64,000 nucleotides of DNA from Macrostomum hystrix (GCA_950097015.1 CATNEN010000033.1:2356001-2420000); one strand, 5' to 3'; numbered from the stretch's first letter, positions 11,625 to 23,652 are shown. Numbers and translations: made by a program. Notes: generated by a model from the sequence alone, not told the origin.

Positions 11625-12365
11625 GCCTCCCTGCTCACTCCACTGCCTCCCTGCTCACTCCACTGCATCCCTGCTCACTCCACTGCATCCCTGCTCACTC
11701 CACTGCCTCCCTGCTCACTCCACTGCATCCCTGCTCACTCCACTGCCTCCCTGCTCACTCCACTGCCTCCCTGCTCACTCCACTGCCTCCCTGCTCACTC
11801 CACTGCATCCCTGCTCACTCCACTGCATCCCTGCTCACTCCACTGCCTCCCTGCTCACTCCACTGCATCCCTGCTCACTCCACTGCCTCCCTGCTCACTC
11901 CACTGCATCCCTGCTCACTCCACTGCATCCCTGCTCACTCCACTGCCTCCCTGCTCACTCCACTGCCTCCCTGCTCACTCCACTGCCTCCCTGCTCACTC
12001 CACTGCATCCCTGCTCACTCCACTGCATCCCTGCTCACTCCACTGCCTCCCTGCTCACTCCACTGCATCCCTGCTCACTCCACTGCCTCCCTGCTCACTC
12101 CACTGCATCCCTGCTCACTCCACTGCATCCCTGCTCACTCCACTGCCTCCCTGCTCACTCCACTGCCTCCCTGCTCACTCCACTGCCTCCCTGCTCACTC
12201 CACTGCATCCCTGCTCACTCCACTGCATCCCTGCTCACTCCACTGCCTCCCTGCTCACTCCACTGCATCCCTGCTCACTCCACTGCCTCCCTGCTCACTC
12301 CACTGCATCCCTGCTCACTCCACTGCATCCCTGCTCACTCCACTGCCTCCCTGCTCACTCTCCTG
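11625..12365. repeat. 20-bp minisatellite CACTCCACTGC[C/A]TCCCTGCT
   Basis: About 37 copies. Confidence 0.96.
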
Positions 12366-13140
12366 CCTCACTTCTCCCTACCTGCTCACTTCCCTGCCTC
12401 TCCACTGCCTTTCAATGAGTGAAGACCTCTTTTATTCCTATGTTCTCTATGGGAACATGGTGCTTAACGCAGTTCATGAAAGCAGAGAAGCAGTGAGTTT
12501 TGCTGAAATTTTCTTGTCACATCACAATGGATTGAAATATATTGTGCACAATGACATCTAAAAGTGGAATAGAGGCTGTGATTTTTGCAAATGCTAAACT
12601 CGCAGAGATAATCCCTAGATTTTCCCTGACTCTAATAGCTGCTATTTTGCACAGTCCTCACACAGGCTAGCATGGCACAGGCAGCTATCAGTTAGCCAGA
12701 CAATCCTCCCGAGGGCATCAATTATTCAACGTCTTCAAGGGCACATTCTGAGCTCCGCTGAGGCTGAGCATTGACAAAAATAACGAAATGGAACTAATTT
12801 GAGAATTTGCCTGAACGCGTCTTCAGGCAAATAATCAATATCACCATTCTGCACATGAGAACTTACTTTAACTGTCAGTTATTGACTTTGGAATAAAGAG
12901 TCAAAGCTCAGCATCTAAGTAAGTCTGAGATCCCGTCCCACTGTAGAGTTAATATCGTAAAAATTGACTTCCGTTAACTTTATTATTTAACGCAACCCGT
13001 TCTCCGTTAGTTTTTCTTCTCAATCTAAAATAAACAGACATTCGTTACTTTCTTAGTTAAGCGGGATCACTAGAATCTTCGATACTTTGTAATTTTTACT
13101 TTTTAACGGTATAATTATAAGCTGCGTTACTTTTTTATCG

Positions 13141-13829
13141 AACAACAACAACAACAACAAAGTACGCTGTCAGATGGAAAAGGCAGCGTCACAGTGCACG
13201 CTTCAGAGCCTGGGCGCGAACAAAGGCCGCACCGCCGGCAGTGTCCGGGGCGCCAGCATCGGCCAGCAGGCAGTCGACGAAACGCCGAGTTCGGGCCTGG
13301 CCGCGTCGGTAGGGTGCCTGCAGCGTTAGCCGCAGCACCTCCTGCACCGGCTGCTGGCAGTAGGACTCGGCGCGGATGATGTGGCCTGCCAGCTGGAGTC
13401 GCCGAAGTCGCAGCAGTTCACTTGGACGGGCCAGGCCGGCGCGGCGATAGAGTACCGCGTTAGTGATCCGCTCGTCGCTGATCTTAAAGGCGGCACGCAG
13501 CAGGCCATCGTGCGCCGCGTTGACTTGCTGTTCTAGCGAATCCGTCAGCGTCCACGTCTCGGCGTTGTACAACAGGACGGTCTCGACCACCGCCTGGAAC
13601 AGCGCCGCCCTCTGGCGATCAGGTAGGGCCTCGGACTGCAGGACCGCCCTCACAGAACGAAAGGCAGCCCAAGCGAGCCCGCGGCGACGCCGCAGATCTT
13701 CGCGGACGTCAGGTACCAGACCGCCGAGGTAGACGAACTGCTGACAGCGCGGAAGCTCCGTTGCCTGCCCGTCAGCGCTTCGGCAGAAAATTGCGGCCTC
13801 GATGTCGCTCGGCACGCAGAGCACAACGG
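13141..13829 (-). mobile_element. Short 5'-truncated RTE-type LINE, second subfamily (ORF end 13189-13826), (TTG)6 tail
   Basis: Protein roughly 85% identical by eye to the C-terminal part of the 2209-3850 copy; open frame; no TSD found. Confidence 0.92.
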
Positions 13830-14300
13830 CTGAACACTTAGTTTTACAAATCCATGGCTATCTGATATTCGCCTTTAAAGTCTTGCATTACATGCATTAA
13901 GTGACGTTAATCAAGGTGAACTTTTATCGTTACTAAAGGAAGTCAGCAGAAGACACGGCGAATAATGAGCTGATGATTGCAAGCCCTGGGAGTATACTGG
14001 TTAATCCCTTCAGAGCACCTTAATTATCTGCTGTGCAATGTGGATTTTCTATCTACAACGAAGCACAGTACAGTCTCTGAACCGATGCCCAGGCAGTGCA
14101 AGCAGGAAAATGTTTGAATTGCACGACTTTTCAAACATTGACGACCAACTTCTCGTCAGTTCTGTTAGTTCAAACTGTGAAGCAAATACTTCGGCGCCTC
14201 GATGCACTTCCTCTAAGTGCTTTCAGCAAAATGCTTTCATTTCTACTTTTATTAGTATGAAACTATAAATAACCTATTCAGTGCTCATTCTAATTTCCAG

Positions 14301-14487
14301 GTAGTTGTCTCTGTATACCCGAGCGCGGTGAAGTTTGCGCTGGCCCACCTGATAGTGACCAACCTGTGCATCTGGATGAAGGCAGTCATTTACGAGGTTA
14401 AAATGGCCCTGACTAAAAATCTGCTGGACAATACGACGGGTGGCCTGGGCCTTAACGGAACACTCGCCAATGCCAGCATCGACAAAG
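14301..14487 (+). CDS. otop: Otopetrin exon 5 (TM5); not in the ORF track
   Basis: KFALAHLIVTNLCIWMKAVIYE matches otopetrin FGLMH..TNLxVW; TTTCCAG acceptor phase 0, AAG|GTGACT donor phase 1 fits both neighbours. Confidence 0.9.
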
Positions 14488-14499
14488 GTGACTAGGGGT

Positions 14500-15154
14500 T
14501 GTCTGACAGGAAAATGTCTGACGGGATTTTTTCTGACAGGACAGTGTCTGACAGGATTATGTCTGACATGACAGTGTCTGACAGGACAGTGTCTAACAAG
14601 ACAGTATCTGACAGGACAGTGTCTGACAGGACAGTATCTGACAGGACAGTGTCTGACAAGGCAGTATCTGACAGGACAGTGTCTGACAGGACAGTATCTG
14701 ACAGGACAGTATCTGACAGGATTATGTCTGACAGGACAGTGTCTGACAGGATTATGTCTGACATGACAGTGTCTGACAGGATTATGTCTGACAGGACAGT
14801 GTCTAACAAGACAGTATCTGACAGGACAGTGTCTGACAGGACAGGGTCTGACAGGACAGTGTCTGACAGGACAGTATCTGACAGGACAGTATCTGACAGG
14901 ATTATGTCTGACAGGACAGTGTCTGACAGGATTATGTCTGATATGACAGTGTCTGACAGGATTATGTCTGACAGGACAGTGTCTAACAAGACAGTATCTG
15001 ACAGGACAGTGTCTGACAGGACAGTATCTGACAGGACAGTGTCTGACAGGACAGTATCTGACAGGATTATGTCTGACAGGACAGTGTCTGACAGGACAGT
15101 GTCTGACAGGACAGTGTCTGACGGGACAGTATCTGACAGGATTATGTCTGACAG
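14500..15154. repeat. 15-bp minisatellite TGTCTGACAGGACAG
   Basis: About 43 copies filling nearly the whole intron. Confidence 0.96.
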
Positions 15155-15175
15155 CCACCGCGTTCCCTGTCGCAG

Positions 15176-15873
15176 AGTGCGCCATGGCGCTGGCCTTGGA
15201 CGCGGCGCCATCACACTCCTTGAGTCCCTTCCTGTACCCGTGCGCTGTGGAGTACGGCCTGATCTCCGCCGCCATCTGCTTCAAGCTGTTCAAGAAGGTC
15301 GGCGCCGAGTACGCAGCCGAGGCCTGCCGCTACGATCTGCCCAGGCCGGTGAGGTCGCAGAAGTTCTTCACCACGTGCCACAAGTCGCACAAGGGCCTGT
15401 TCTTCGGCCTGCTAATTGTGATCCTCATCGTCGTCCCGCTGGCCACCCTGGTGCTGCTGCCACAGAGGGACCAGCAGAAGCGGGACGCCTACACCATCGC
15501 CGTTCTGGCAGCCGAATGCGGCGTTCTGCTCGTCACCATGGCGATGTGCTCCATCGGGGCCTTCAGATCGATTCGCAGCCTGACCCTCACCAGCAGAGAC
15601 GTGCACCTGCTGGATGTGAACCTGCTGTTCGTAGGTCTAGCCGGACTACTGTGCTACAACTTGTTCGTTGTGGTCTCGTCGGCTTCCTGCCTGATGGACG
15701 AGCATCACGACGAGCAGGAGACTGACCACTGTCTATTCGGCAGCGGGCGCAGGGCGGTCATCACCAAGCTGAACGGACTCAAATCGTTCCTTGATGGCGG
15801 CCAGGCACTGTCGCAGGCCTTCCTCATCGCCGCTCTGGTGAGGCGGAAGCTGAGCCGTCGGCTGTTTCTGCAG
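15176..15873 (+). CDS. otop: Otopetrin exon 6 (TM6-TM10)
   Basis: PFLYPCAVEYGLI, CHKSHKGLFFG, LLDVNLLF; CGCAG acceptor, CAG|GTCAGT donor. Confidence 0.95.
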
Positions 15874-15930
15874 GTCAGTGATTTGGTACTTTTATAATAA
15901 GCCGCAGATACAAGAATACCTAGGTAATAC

Positions 15931-16926
15931 AGACCAATTCTGGTTGGAATCCAACCAATTGTGATTGGAAACCTACCAATTCTGGTTGGAAACCTACCAA
16001 TTGTGATTGGAAACCAACCAATTCTTGTTGGAAATCTACCAATTCTGGTTGGAAACCTATCAATTCTGGTTGGAAACCTATCAATTCGGATTGGAAACCA
16101 ACCTATTCTTGTTGGAAGCCTACCAATTCTGGTTGGAAACCTACCAATTCTGGTTGGAAACCTACCAATTCTGGTTGGAAACCTACCAATTCTGGTTGGA
16201 AACCTACCAATTCTGATTGGAAACCTACCAATTCTGGTTGGAAACCTACCAATTCTCGTTGGAAACCTATCAATTCGGATTGGAAACCTACCAATTCGGA
16301 TTGGAAACCTACCAATTCTGATTGGAAACCTACCAATTCTGGTTGGAAACCTACCAATTCTGGTTGGAAACCTGCCGATTCTCGTTGGAAACCTATCAAT
16401 TCGGATTGGAAACCTACCAATTCGGATTGGAAACCTACCAATTCTGATTGGAAACCTATCAATTCTGATTGGAAACCTACCAATTCGGATTGGAAACCTA
16501 TCAATTCGGATTGGAAACCAACCTATTCTTGTTGGAAACCTGCCGATTCTCGTTGGAAACCTACCAATTCTGGTTGGAAACCTACCGATTCTGATTGGAA
16601 ACCTACCAATTCTGATTGGAAACCTATCAATTCTGATTGGAAACCTACCAATTCTGATTGGAAACCTACCAATTCTGATTGGAAACCTACCAATTCTGAT
16701 TGGAAACCTACCAATTCTGGTTGGAAACCTACCAATTCTGATTGGAAACCTACCAATTCTGGTTGGAAACCTGCCAATTCTGGTTGAAAACCAACCAATT
16801 CTGGTTGGAAGCCTACCAATTCTGGTTGGAAACCAACCAATTCTGATTGGAAACCTGCCAATTCTGGTTGAAAACCAACCAATTCTGGTTGGAAACCAAC
16901 CTATTCTGGTTGGACACCTACCAATT
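15931..16926. repeat. 21-bp minisatellite CCAATTCTGGTTGGAAACCTA
   Basis: About 47 copies. Confidence 0.96.
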
Positions 16927-16991
16927 CTTTTGTTTGAACGCAAATTTTTTCGCCTTGGTTTGAGAATGGAACTCCACCTGCCGCAACCCAG

Positions 16992-17258
16992 GGCCGGAAA
17001 CCAGCCCGCGGCATTCTCATAGCACTGCTCGTGGCCAACTTGGCAATGTGGATGGCTGCTGTGTTTGAGTCCAAGCGACACATCTCGGTGGAATTTCACG
17101 AGAACTACTTCGGCACCAAGGCCTGGAAGATCATCAAGTACACCACCCTGCCGATGATCATCTTCTTCCGGTTCCACTCGACCGTCTGTCTGTCCGAGAT
17201 CTGGAAGAACACCTACTGCCACAAGGCCCAGCCTTCCCACTCCACTTCTGGCTCCTAA
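16992..17258 (+). CDS. otop: Otopetrin exon 7 (TM11-TM12, stop)
   Basis: RKPARGILIALLVANLAMW and LPMIIFFRFHSTVCL; TAA 17256-17258; AATAAA near 17641. Confidence 0.95.
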   Translation, partial: GRKPARGILIALLVANLAMWMAAVFESKRHISVEFHENYFGTKAWKIIKYTTLPMIIFFRFHSTVCLSEIWKNTYCHKAQPSHSTSGS

Positions 17259-18189
17259 AGCTTGACTGTAATTTTTACCTAATTTATGCTATACCTAATT
17301 ACACTATCGGATAATTCAGGGACAGAGATATTGTTGCAATCATTTGATTTTCTGTGTTATAATTCATTTTAGAATATCTATCGGGTGAGAATTTAGTCCG
17401 TTATATAATCAATTTGACATATCTTGTGCATCACTTCATACATTTAATAGATTGCCTTTATAATTTTGTACACTATATTAAGTCAACTCTTCTTTGTTGC
17501 CTTTCATTAACATTTTAACATAATTTGCTGTTGTAATATTACACTTCTAATTTGTTGCTATGTCTGCAGTACTGATTTCCAAGAAAAGTTATTTGTGCAA
17601 AATAGGGAACTTTTTTATAAGCGTGTTTCATAATACAGCAAATAAAAAAGAAAAGAAACAAAGAATTTTTAGATTCTGCAAAGAGCAACCACCGGAGGCT
17701 TAATCAGATCGTACAAATTTATCGATATTTGGATTATTTACTGTTTATGTCAAATGAAAAACCGCATAGGCCCGCGTGTCGCGGCATGCGGGCTGCCAAC
17801 CCCAACCCTTTCCAAGATTTTCTGGCCCGCTGGTGAACCCACCACCCCTCAGTGAGAGAGACTACTGTACACTCCGTTTTTATTGTACATTGGCTGCACC
17901 CACCACCCCACGGAGAGCGCTGAACAAGTCCACAGTGTACATTGGTCTTGACCAGAGAGGGACTGGTCGGATTTTCCTATCAAGAAAAGGCACACATGGT
18001 GGGTCAACGGCGCATAAGGCACGACCATAAGGCAAAACATATTGCCTGGTGCGATAAAAACGGTGGAAGCCAGGTTAGACAGTATTTGGACTTCAACACA
18101 GGCATCAGGCAGCAGTTCTGATGTCTTCTGATGATGAAAGCTCAAGGCAGACTCCATCTGAGACTGCTGAAGCGTCGCCATCGTCAGCT

Positions 18190-18209
18190 ATGAGCGTCAG
18201 GGAATCTGC
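18190..18209 (+). CDS. gadd45: GADD45 coding exon 1 (MSVRES)
   Basis: ATG plus GC|GTAAGT phase-2 donor compatible with acceptor at 19135; ATTGG boxes upstream at about 17890 and 17941. Confidence 0.55.
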
Positions 18210-18603
18210 GTAAGTTGGTCTGTTGTTTTGTTACAAAGATAGCGTGATAGAGTTTAAAAGCAACTAAAGTATTTGATATTTGTGTTGTCTCTAACATTCC
18301 AACTCTGAGAAGTAATTAATGCTAAAATAACAAACAATTAATAGAAATATTTTGTAATAAAAAAGTAGGAATTTTGTGAACCTGTCTCATTTTCTCCTTA
18401 ATCACCATTCATTTCAATCATCTCCCAAATGAGTATTCATTTATCCCCACAATTATCCTTTATTAATGCCAACAATGATTCTCCAATAACCATCCAATAA
18501 TCCTTCGTTTATCCCACACAGATCTAGAGATCCCCACAGACCTCTTCAATAACCTTGAAATGATATCCTTTAATATTTCCTCCAAACTATATCTTTCCAA
18601 AAG

Positions 18604-19095
18604 TTCTTCATTAATCCCCACAATGATCCTCCAATAACCATACAATGATCCTTCATTAATCCCCACAATGATCCTCCAATAAACATACAATGATCCTTCA
18701 TTAATCCCCGCAATGATTCCTAATAGTCTTCCCAATAATCCTTCATTAATCCCCGCAATGATTCCTAATAGTCTTCCCAATAATCCTTCATTAATCCCCA
18801 CAATGATTTCTAATAGTCTTCCCAATAATCCTTCATTAATCCCCGCAATGATTCCTAATAGTCTTCCCAATAATTCTTCATTAATCCCCGCAATGATTCC
18901 TAATAGTCTTCCCAATAATCCTTCATTAATCCCCACAATGATTTCTAATAGTCTTCCCAATAATCCTTCATTAATCCCCGCAATGATTCCTAATAGTCTT
19001 CCCAATAATCCTTCATTAATCCCCGCAATGATTCCTAATAGTCTTCCCAATAATCCTTCATTAATCCCCGCAATGATTCCTAATAGTCTTCCCAA
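18604..19095. repeat. 45-bp minisatellite AATGATTCCTAATAGTCTTCCCAATAATCCTTCATTAATCCCCGC with degenerate 5' units
   Basis: About 8.5 regular copies from 18703. Confidence 0.94.
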
Positions 19096-19135
19096 ACTTT
19101 TACTTGATTCCTTACGCATATCACTAAATCCCCAG

Positions 19136-19273
19136 CCCGATGGTGACGGACGATCTCGCTCGGTGGCCAGCGAGTCAGCTAAGCGCCTGGCTGCAGCAGA
19201 GCCTGGCCCAGGCCATTCAAGAGGACCGCCTCGTTCGCGGATTTCAGCCAATCCTGGACCAGATCAACAAGGA
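19136..19273 (+). CDS. gadd45: GADD45 exon 2; frame not in the ORF track
   Basis: LSAWLQQSLAQAIQEDRLVRGFQPILDQINK aligns with GADD45 ALEELL..AQRQDRLTVGVYESAKLMN; GA|GTGAGT donor. Confidence 0.75.
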
Positions 19274-19374
19274 GTGAGTCAAGCTGCTCAGTCTTTGTAC
19301 ATATTTTACCTTGTTTTCCAATGCATTCCTGGCAATGACCGCTTCGCTAGCAAATGCTGTCCACTCATTCTCAG

Positions 19375-19492
19375 CTCCAGTCGCATTCTGCTCTGCGTAC
19401 TGCCAGAGAATCTCTGGTGCGGGCAGACCCACAGGGCGCTGTTCTCACTGCTGCTGGCTGCCTGTCATCAGGCTGGTGTCAGGATGATCAAG
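19375..19492 (+). CDS. gadd45: GADD45 exon 3
   Basis: (D)SSRILLCVL..LFSLLLAACHQAGVRMIK aligns with DPDNVAFCVL..HFTLIQAFCCENDIDIVRV; AAG|GTGAGC donor. Confidence 0.8.
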
Positions 19493-19569
19493 GTGAGCGG
19501 CTGAAGGCACTCGACACGAACCAAATACTCTCTTGGCATATCCATAGGCACTCATAACACATAGATGCG

Positions 19570-20950
19570 CTCGAAACACACCCATAGACACTCGAAACAC
19601 ACCCATAGACACTCGAAACACACCCATAGACACTCGAAACACACCAATAGACACTAGAAACACACCCATAGACACTCGAAACACACACACAAATACACTC
19701 GAAGAACACACATATACACTAGAAACACACCCATAGACACTCGAAACACAGCCATATAGACACTAGAAACACACCCATAGACACTCGAAACACACCCATA
19801 GACACTCGAAACACACCCATAGACACTCGAAACACACCCATAGACACTCGAAACACACCCATAGACACTCGAAACACACCCATAGACACTCGAAACACAC
19901 AAGTACACTCGAAGAACACACATAGACACTCATAACACTCATAGAAACTCGAAAAAACACACAGATACACTCGAAGCACACTCATAGACACTCATAGCAC
20001 ACAATTACACTCGAAGCACACTCATAGACACTCATAGCACACAAATACACTCGAAGCACACTCATAGACACTCGAAGCACACTCATAGACACTCATAGCA
20101 CACAAATACACTCGAAGCACACTCATAGACACTCGAAGCACACTCATAGACACTCATAGCACACAATTACACTCGAAGCACACTCATAGACACTCATAGC
20201 ACACAAATACACTCGAAGCACACTCATAGACACTCGAAGCACACTCATAGACACTCATAGCACACAAATACACTCGAAGCACACTCATAGACACTCGAAG
20301 CACACTCATAGACACTCATAGCACACAATTACACTCGAAGCACACTCATAGACACTCATAGCACACAAATACACTCGAAGCACACTCATAGACACTCGAA
20401 GCACACTCATAGACACTCATAGCACACAAATACACTCGAAGCACACTCATAGACACTCGAAGCACACTCATAGACACTCATAGCACACAAATACACTCGA
20501 AGCACACTCATAGACACTCGAAGCACACTCATAGACACTCATAGCACACAATTACACTCGAAGCACACTCATAGACACTCATAGCACACAAATACACTCG
20601 AAGCACACTCATAGACACTCGAAGCACACTCATAGACACTCATAGCACACAAATACACTCGAAGCACACTCATAGACACTCGAAGCACACTCATAGACAC
20701 TCATAGCACACAATTACACTCGAAGCACACTCATAGACACTCATAGCACACAAATACACTCGAAGCACACTCATAGACACTCGAAGCACACTCATAGACA
20801 CTCGAAGCACACTCATAGACACTCATAGCACACAAATACACTCGAAGCACACTCATAGACACTCGAAGCACACTCATAGACACTCATAGCACACAAATAC
20901 ACTCGAAGCACACTCATAGACACTCGAAGCACACTCATAGACACTCATAA
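19570..20950. repeat. Compound minisatellite: 21-mer CTCGAAACACACCCATAGACA changing into 40/61-bp higher-order repeats
   Basis: Units CTCGAAGCACACTCATAGACA (21) and CTCATAGCACACAAATACA (19) alternate after about 19970. Confidence 0.94.
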
Positions 20951-21177
20951 ACACATCGAACAGAAGAGAATCAAAGTACTCCCTTGACGAAACTGACGCA
21001 CACAAGCCTAGTTTCTGAAACTTTTGTGTGGGGCCTCGCAAGTGACTTAAACTATAATTAGCTTCTTTACTAAAGCGATTAAAAGAACAACAAAATCAAT
21101 ACTGAAATTCAAAACGCTCCAGTCCCATTAGTGAATACTTTCTGAGCACAGAGTACACACGCTATTTATCCGACCAG

Positions 21178-21378
21178 GTGGATCAGGATGAGCTGGTGAG
21201 GAAGATCCTGACAGCTGCCTCGCCGCCGCCAGCGCAGCCTCACGAGTGTCTGGCTATTCTGAACTGCAGCGACAGCGGTCAGCCGTTAAGCGACAGTCAG
21301 CTGGCGGTGTTCTACGATTCTGGCGGACACGGGCGCGACTTTGACGCGCTGCCAATAATCAACCTGCGAGACTGCTGA
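21178..21378 (+). CDS. gadd45: GADD45 exon 4 (stop)
   Basis: HECLAILN..LAVFYD..ALPIINLRDC resembles the GADD45 ending WVPVINLPER; joined CDS 477 nt. Confidence 0.8.
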   Translation: MDQDELVRKILTAASPPPAQPHECLAILNCSDSGQPLSDSQLAVFYDSGGHGRDFDALPIINLRDC

Positions 21379-21866
21379 TAGCTGACAGTCGCCGACCCCG
21401 CTGCCAATAATCAACCTGCGAGACTGCTGATAGCTGACAGGCGCCGACCCCGCTGCCAATAATCAACCTGGGAGACTGCTGATAGCTGACAGTCGCCGAC
21501 CCCGCTGCCAATAATCAACCTGCGAGACTGCTGATAGGTGACAGGCGCCGACCCCGCTGCCAATAATCAACCTGCGAGACTGCTGATAGGTGACAGGCGC
21601 CGACCCCGCTGCCAATAATCAACCTGCGAGACTGCTGATAGGTGACAGGCGCCGACCCCGCTGCCAATAATCAACCTGCGAGACTGCTGATAGGTGACAG
21701 TCGCCGACCCCGCTGCCAATAATCAACCTGCGAGACTGCTGATAGGTGACAGTCGCCGACCCCGCTGCCAATAATCAACCTGCGAGACTGCTGATAGGTG
21801 ACAGTCGCCGACCCCGCTGCCAATAATCAACCTGCGAGACTGCTGATAGGTGACAGGCGCCGACCC
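21347..21866. repeat. 52-bp minisatellite whose first unit contains the GADD45 stop
   Basis: CGCTGCCAATAATCAACCTGCGAGACTGCTGATAG[C/G]TGACAG[T/G]CGCCGACCC x10. Confidence 0.96.
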
Positions 21867-22557
21867 GCGGACATGAGCCTTACATTTGGAACAATTTCGG
21901 CACATATTTTTGTAAAAAATGCGCTTGGTCGGTGCTATCAACCAATCAGCGGGTAGTAAAGCCTTTTCCTGGAATTTCCTGATCCAACCATGCCAGTTTT
22001 TGCAGTTCTTTCTGTTATTTTTGTGTTAGCAGTTTTCTTTACTCAATAAGAAAGATGAGAACTATGAGTGTCTACTGTGCGGACCCGTAGTCACTATGCA
22101 CTTGGTTTTAAAGTTCGGAGCCACTTTTGAATATAAAAACTGTGGCATTCCATTTGTTCATCTACCTTTTGCTCACTTAGGAAGTTCCAGCTCTTAGGAA
22201 CTCAAAAGAACTATTTTTTTTTCTGAGTTTATAAATATGCAGTACCGCCTAAATCCGTACAGCTCGGCCAATAAACCAGCCACAAAATTATTTTTGCCTT
22301 GTTTTAATTCTCTCCCACCTAGTAAAGCTTGTGTTTTTTGTACATTTCTACTGTCAGTAGTGGGAGTGGCGAGAGCGAGTTTTTATTTGATTTGATTTTT
22401 TTAATAAAGAACACTGATACAGAGATCAGCTGGGTCATCATTTACGAATTCATCGGCTAGCACAACAGTAACTAAATCATAGTTTTATTTTCGTGCCAAT
22501 CATCAATCTAGCAAAATAAAAAACCGTGTATATTGGTTTTCAACTTCTATTTCAAAC

Positions 22558-22733
22558 TAAGTAACTTCTATTTCGCCCGCGGGGAGTGGGGTGCTCGTGT
22601 GCACCCGATTAGTAACTTCAATTTCGCCCGCGGGGAGTGGGGTGCTCGTGTGTACCCGATTAGTAACTTCAATTTCGCCCGCGGGGAGTGGGGTGCTCGT
22701 GTGCACCCGATTAGTAACTTCAATTTCGCCCGC
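22558..22733. repeat. 51-bp tandem repeat (about 3.4 copies)
   Basis: TAGTAACTTCAATTTCGCCCGCGGGGAGTGGGGTGCTCGTGTGCACCCGAT. Confidence 0.93.
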
Positions 22734-23486
22734 GAGACCGGCCTGCCCAAGTTAGGGTAAATCAATTTCACAAAAAGTAACATCTATTTCGTCTCTTCAG
22801 CACAGCCATTTGTGTTTGCGTCCACTCTGTGAAATACGGACTTAGTCCTTGCCTTTGATCTTCGCCGACGCCGCCACCGACTTCGCCGCAATGCAATTAT
22901 ATTATAATAATTCTGTCGAGTGTCGAGAGATTTATGGCCCTGTGAATTTATGACCGTATAGCACAGAATCACAAAAATATCAGCTAATTGGATAGCGCCG
23001 ACACTTTCACATCCAGCCGCTCTTGAAGCTCCAATATTATTAATAATATGACTAGCAAGAAACATAATGACAACATATCAGAAATATACTACGTACTTTT
23101 GTCCAGGCAAAGGGCAGCCAGACACGGTTCGTCTCAAGTCTTGTTTCTAAAAATAGCCCCGCCACACACTCACAGCACCGGGCTTCCATATTTGGAACTA
23201 GTAGTGCTGAAGTGTGGTGTGGCCCTTTGGGTTTCTATTTTTAGAAACAAGAGTGGGGCCCAGTGTACTAACGCAGGGTAATGCACGCAGGGGTCTGGAG
23301 TGCGCGCGGGAATTCCAGTCGGGTATTCTTACTCAGTATAAAATAATAAGTTAGAGAAAACGCCCACTATTATAAAAGCAAGAGCTTCATTGCCTCCGCC
23401 TAAAATAACAGTCTGCAGCATTCATGCAAGCCTAATGTTTGAGGCTTTTAGCGAAAGCTCTTTTTTCATCATTCGGACCAGCGAAC

Positions 23487-23570
23487 ATGATTTATCACGA
23501 TACCAGCGGAAGTGGAAAACAACTTTTGCCTGAACCAGACAACGGAAGTAGTTACGCACTCGGCTTTGAG
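23487..23570 (+). CDS. klf: KLF exon 1 (MIYHDTSGSG..LGFE)
   Basis: ATG, GAG|GTAATA phase-0 donor, 82-nt intron to TATCAG acceptor; TATAAAA at about 23337. Confidence 0.6.
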
Positions 23571-23652
23571 GTAATAAGTGTATGAGTTATCTAAGCCAGG
23601 CCTATGCTAGAATATTTCCAAGTGCTAATTTTGTGAGCAAAAACTCTATCAG

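Noticed and set aside
13120-13860. TSD for the second LINE copy
   Set aside because: No duplicated flank found at the junctions
18713-19374. 5' part of ORF 18713-19504 as the GADD45 N-terminus
   Set aside because: It is repeat-derived; the GADD45-like sequence is in another frame (19136-19273) with proper splice sites
17258-23487. Operon or trans-spliced polycistron of otopetrin, GADD45 and KLF
   Set aside because: Each gene has its own poly(A) signal candidate, and CCAAT/TATA-like elements lie upstream of GADD45 and KLF; nothing in the sequence requires co-transcription
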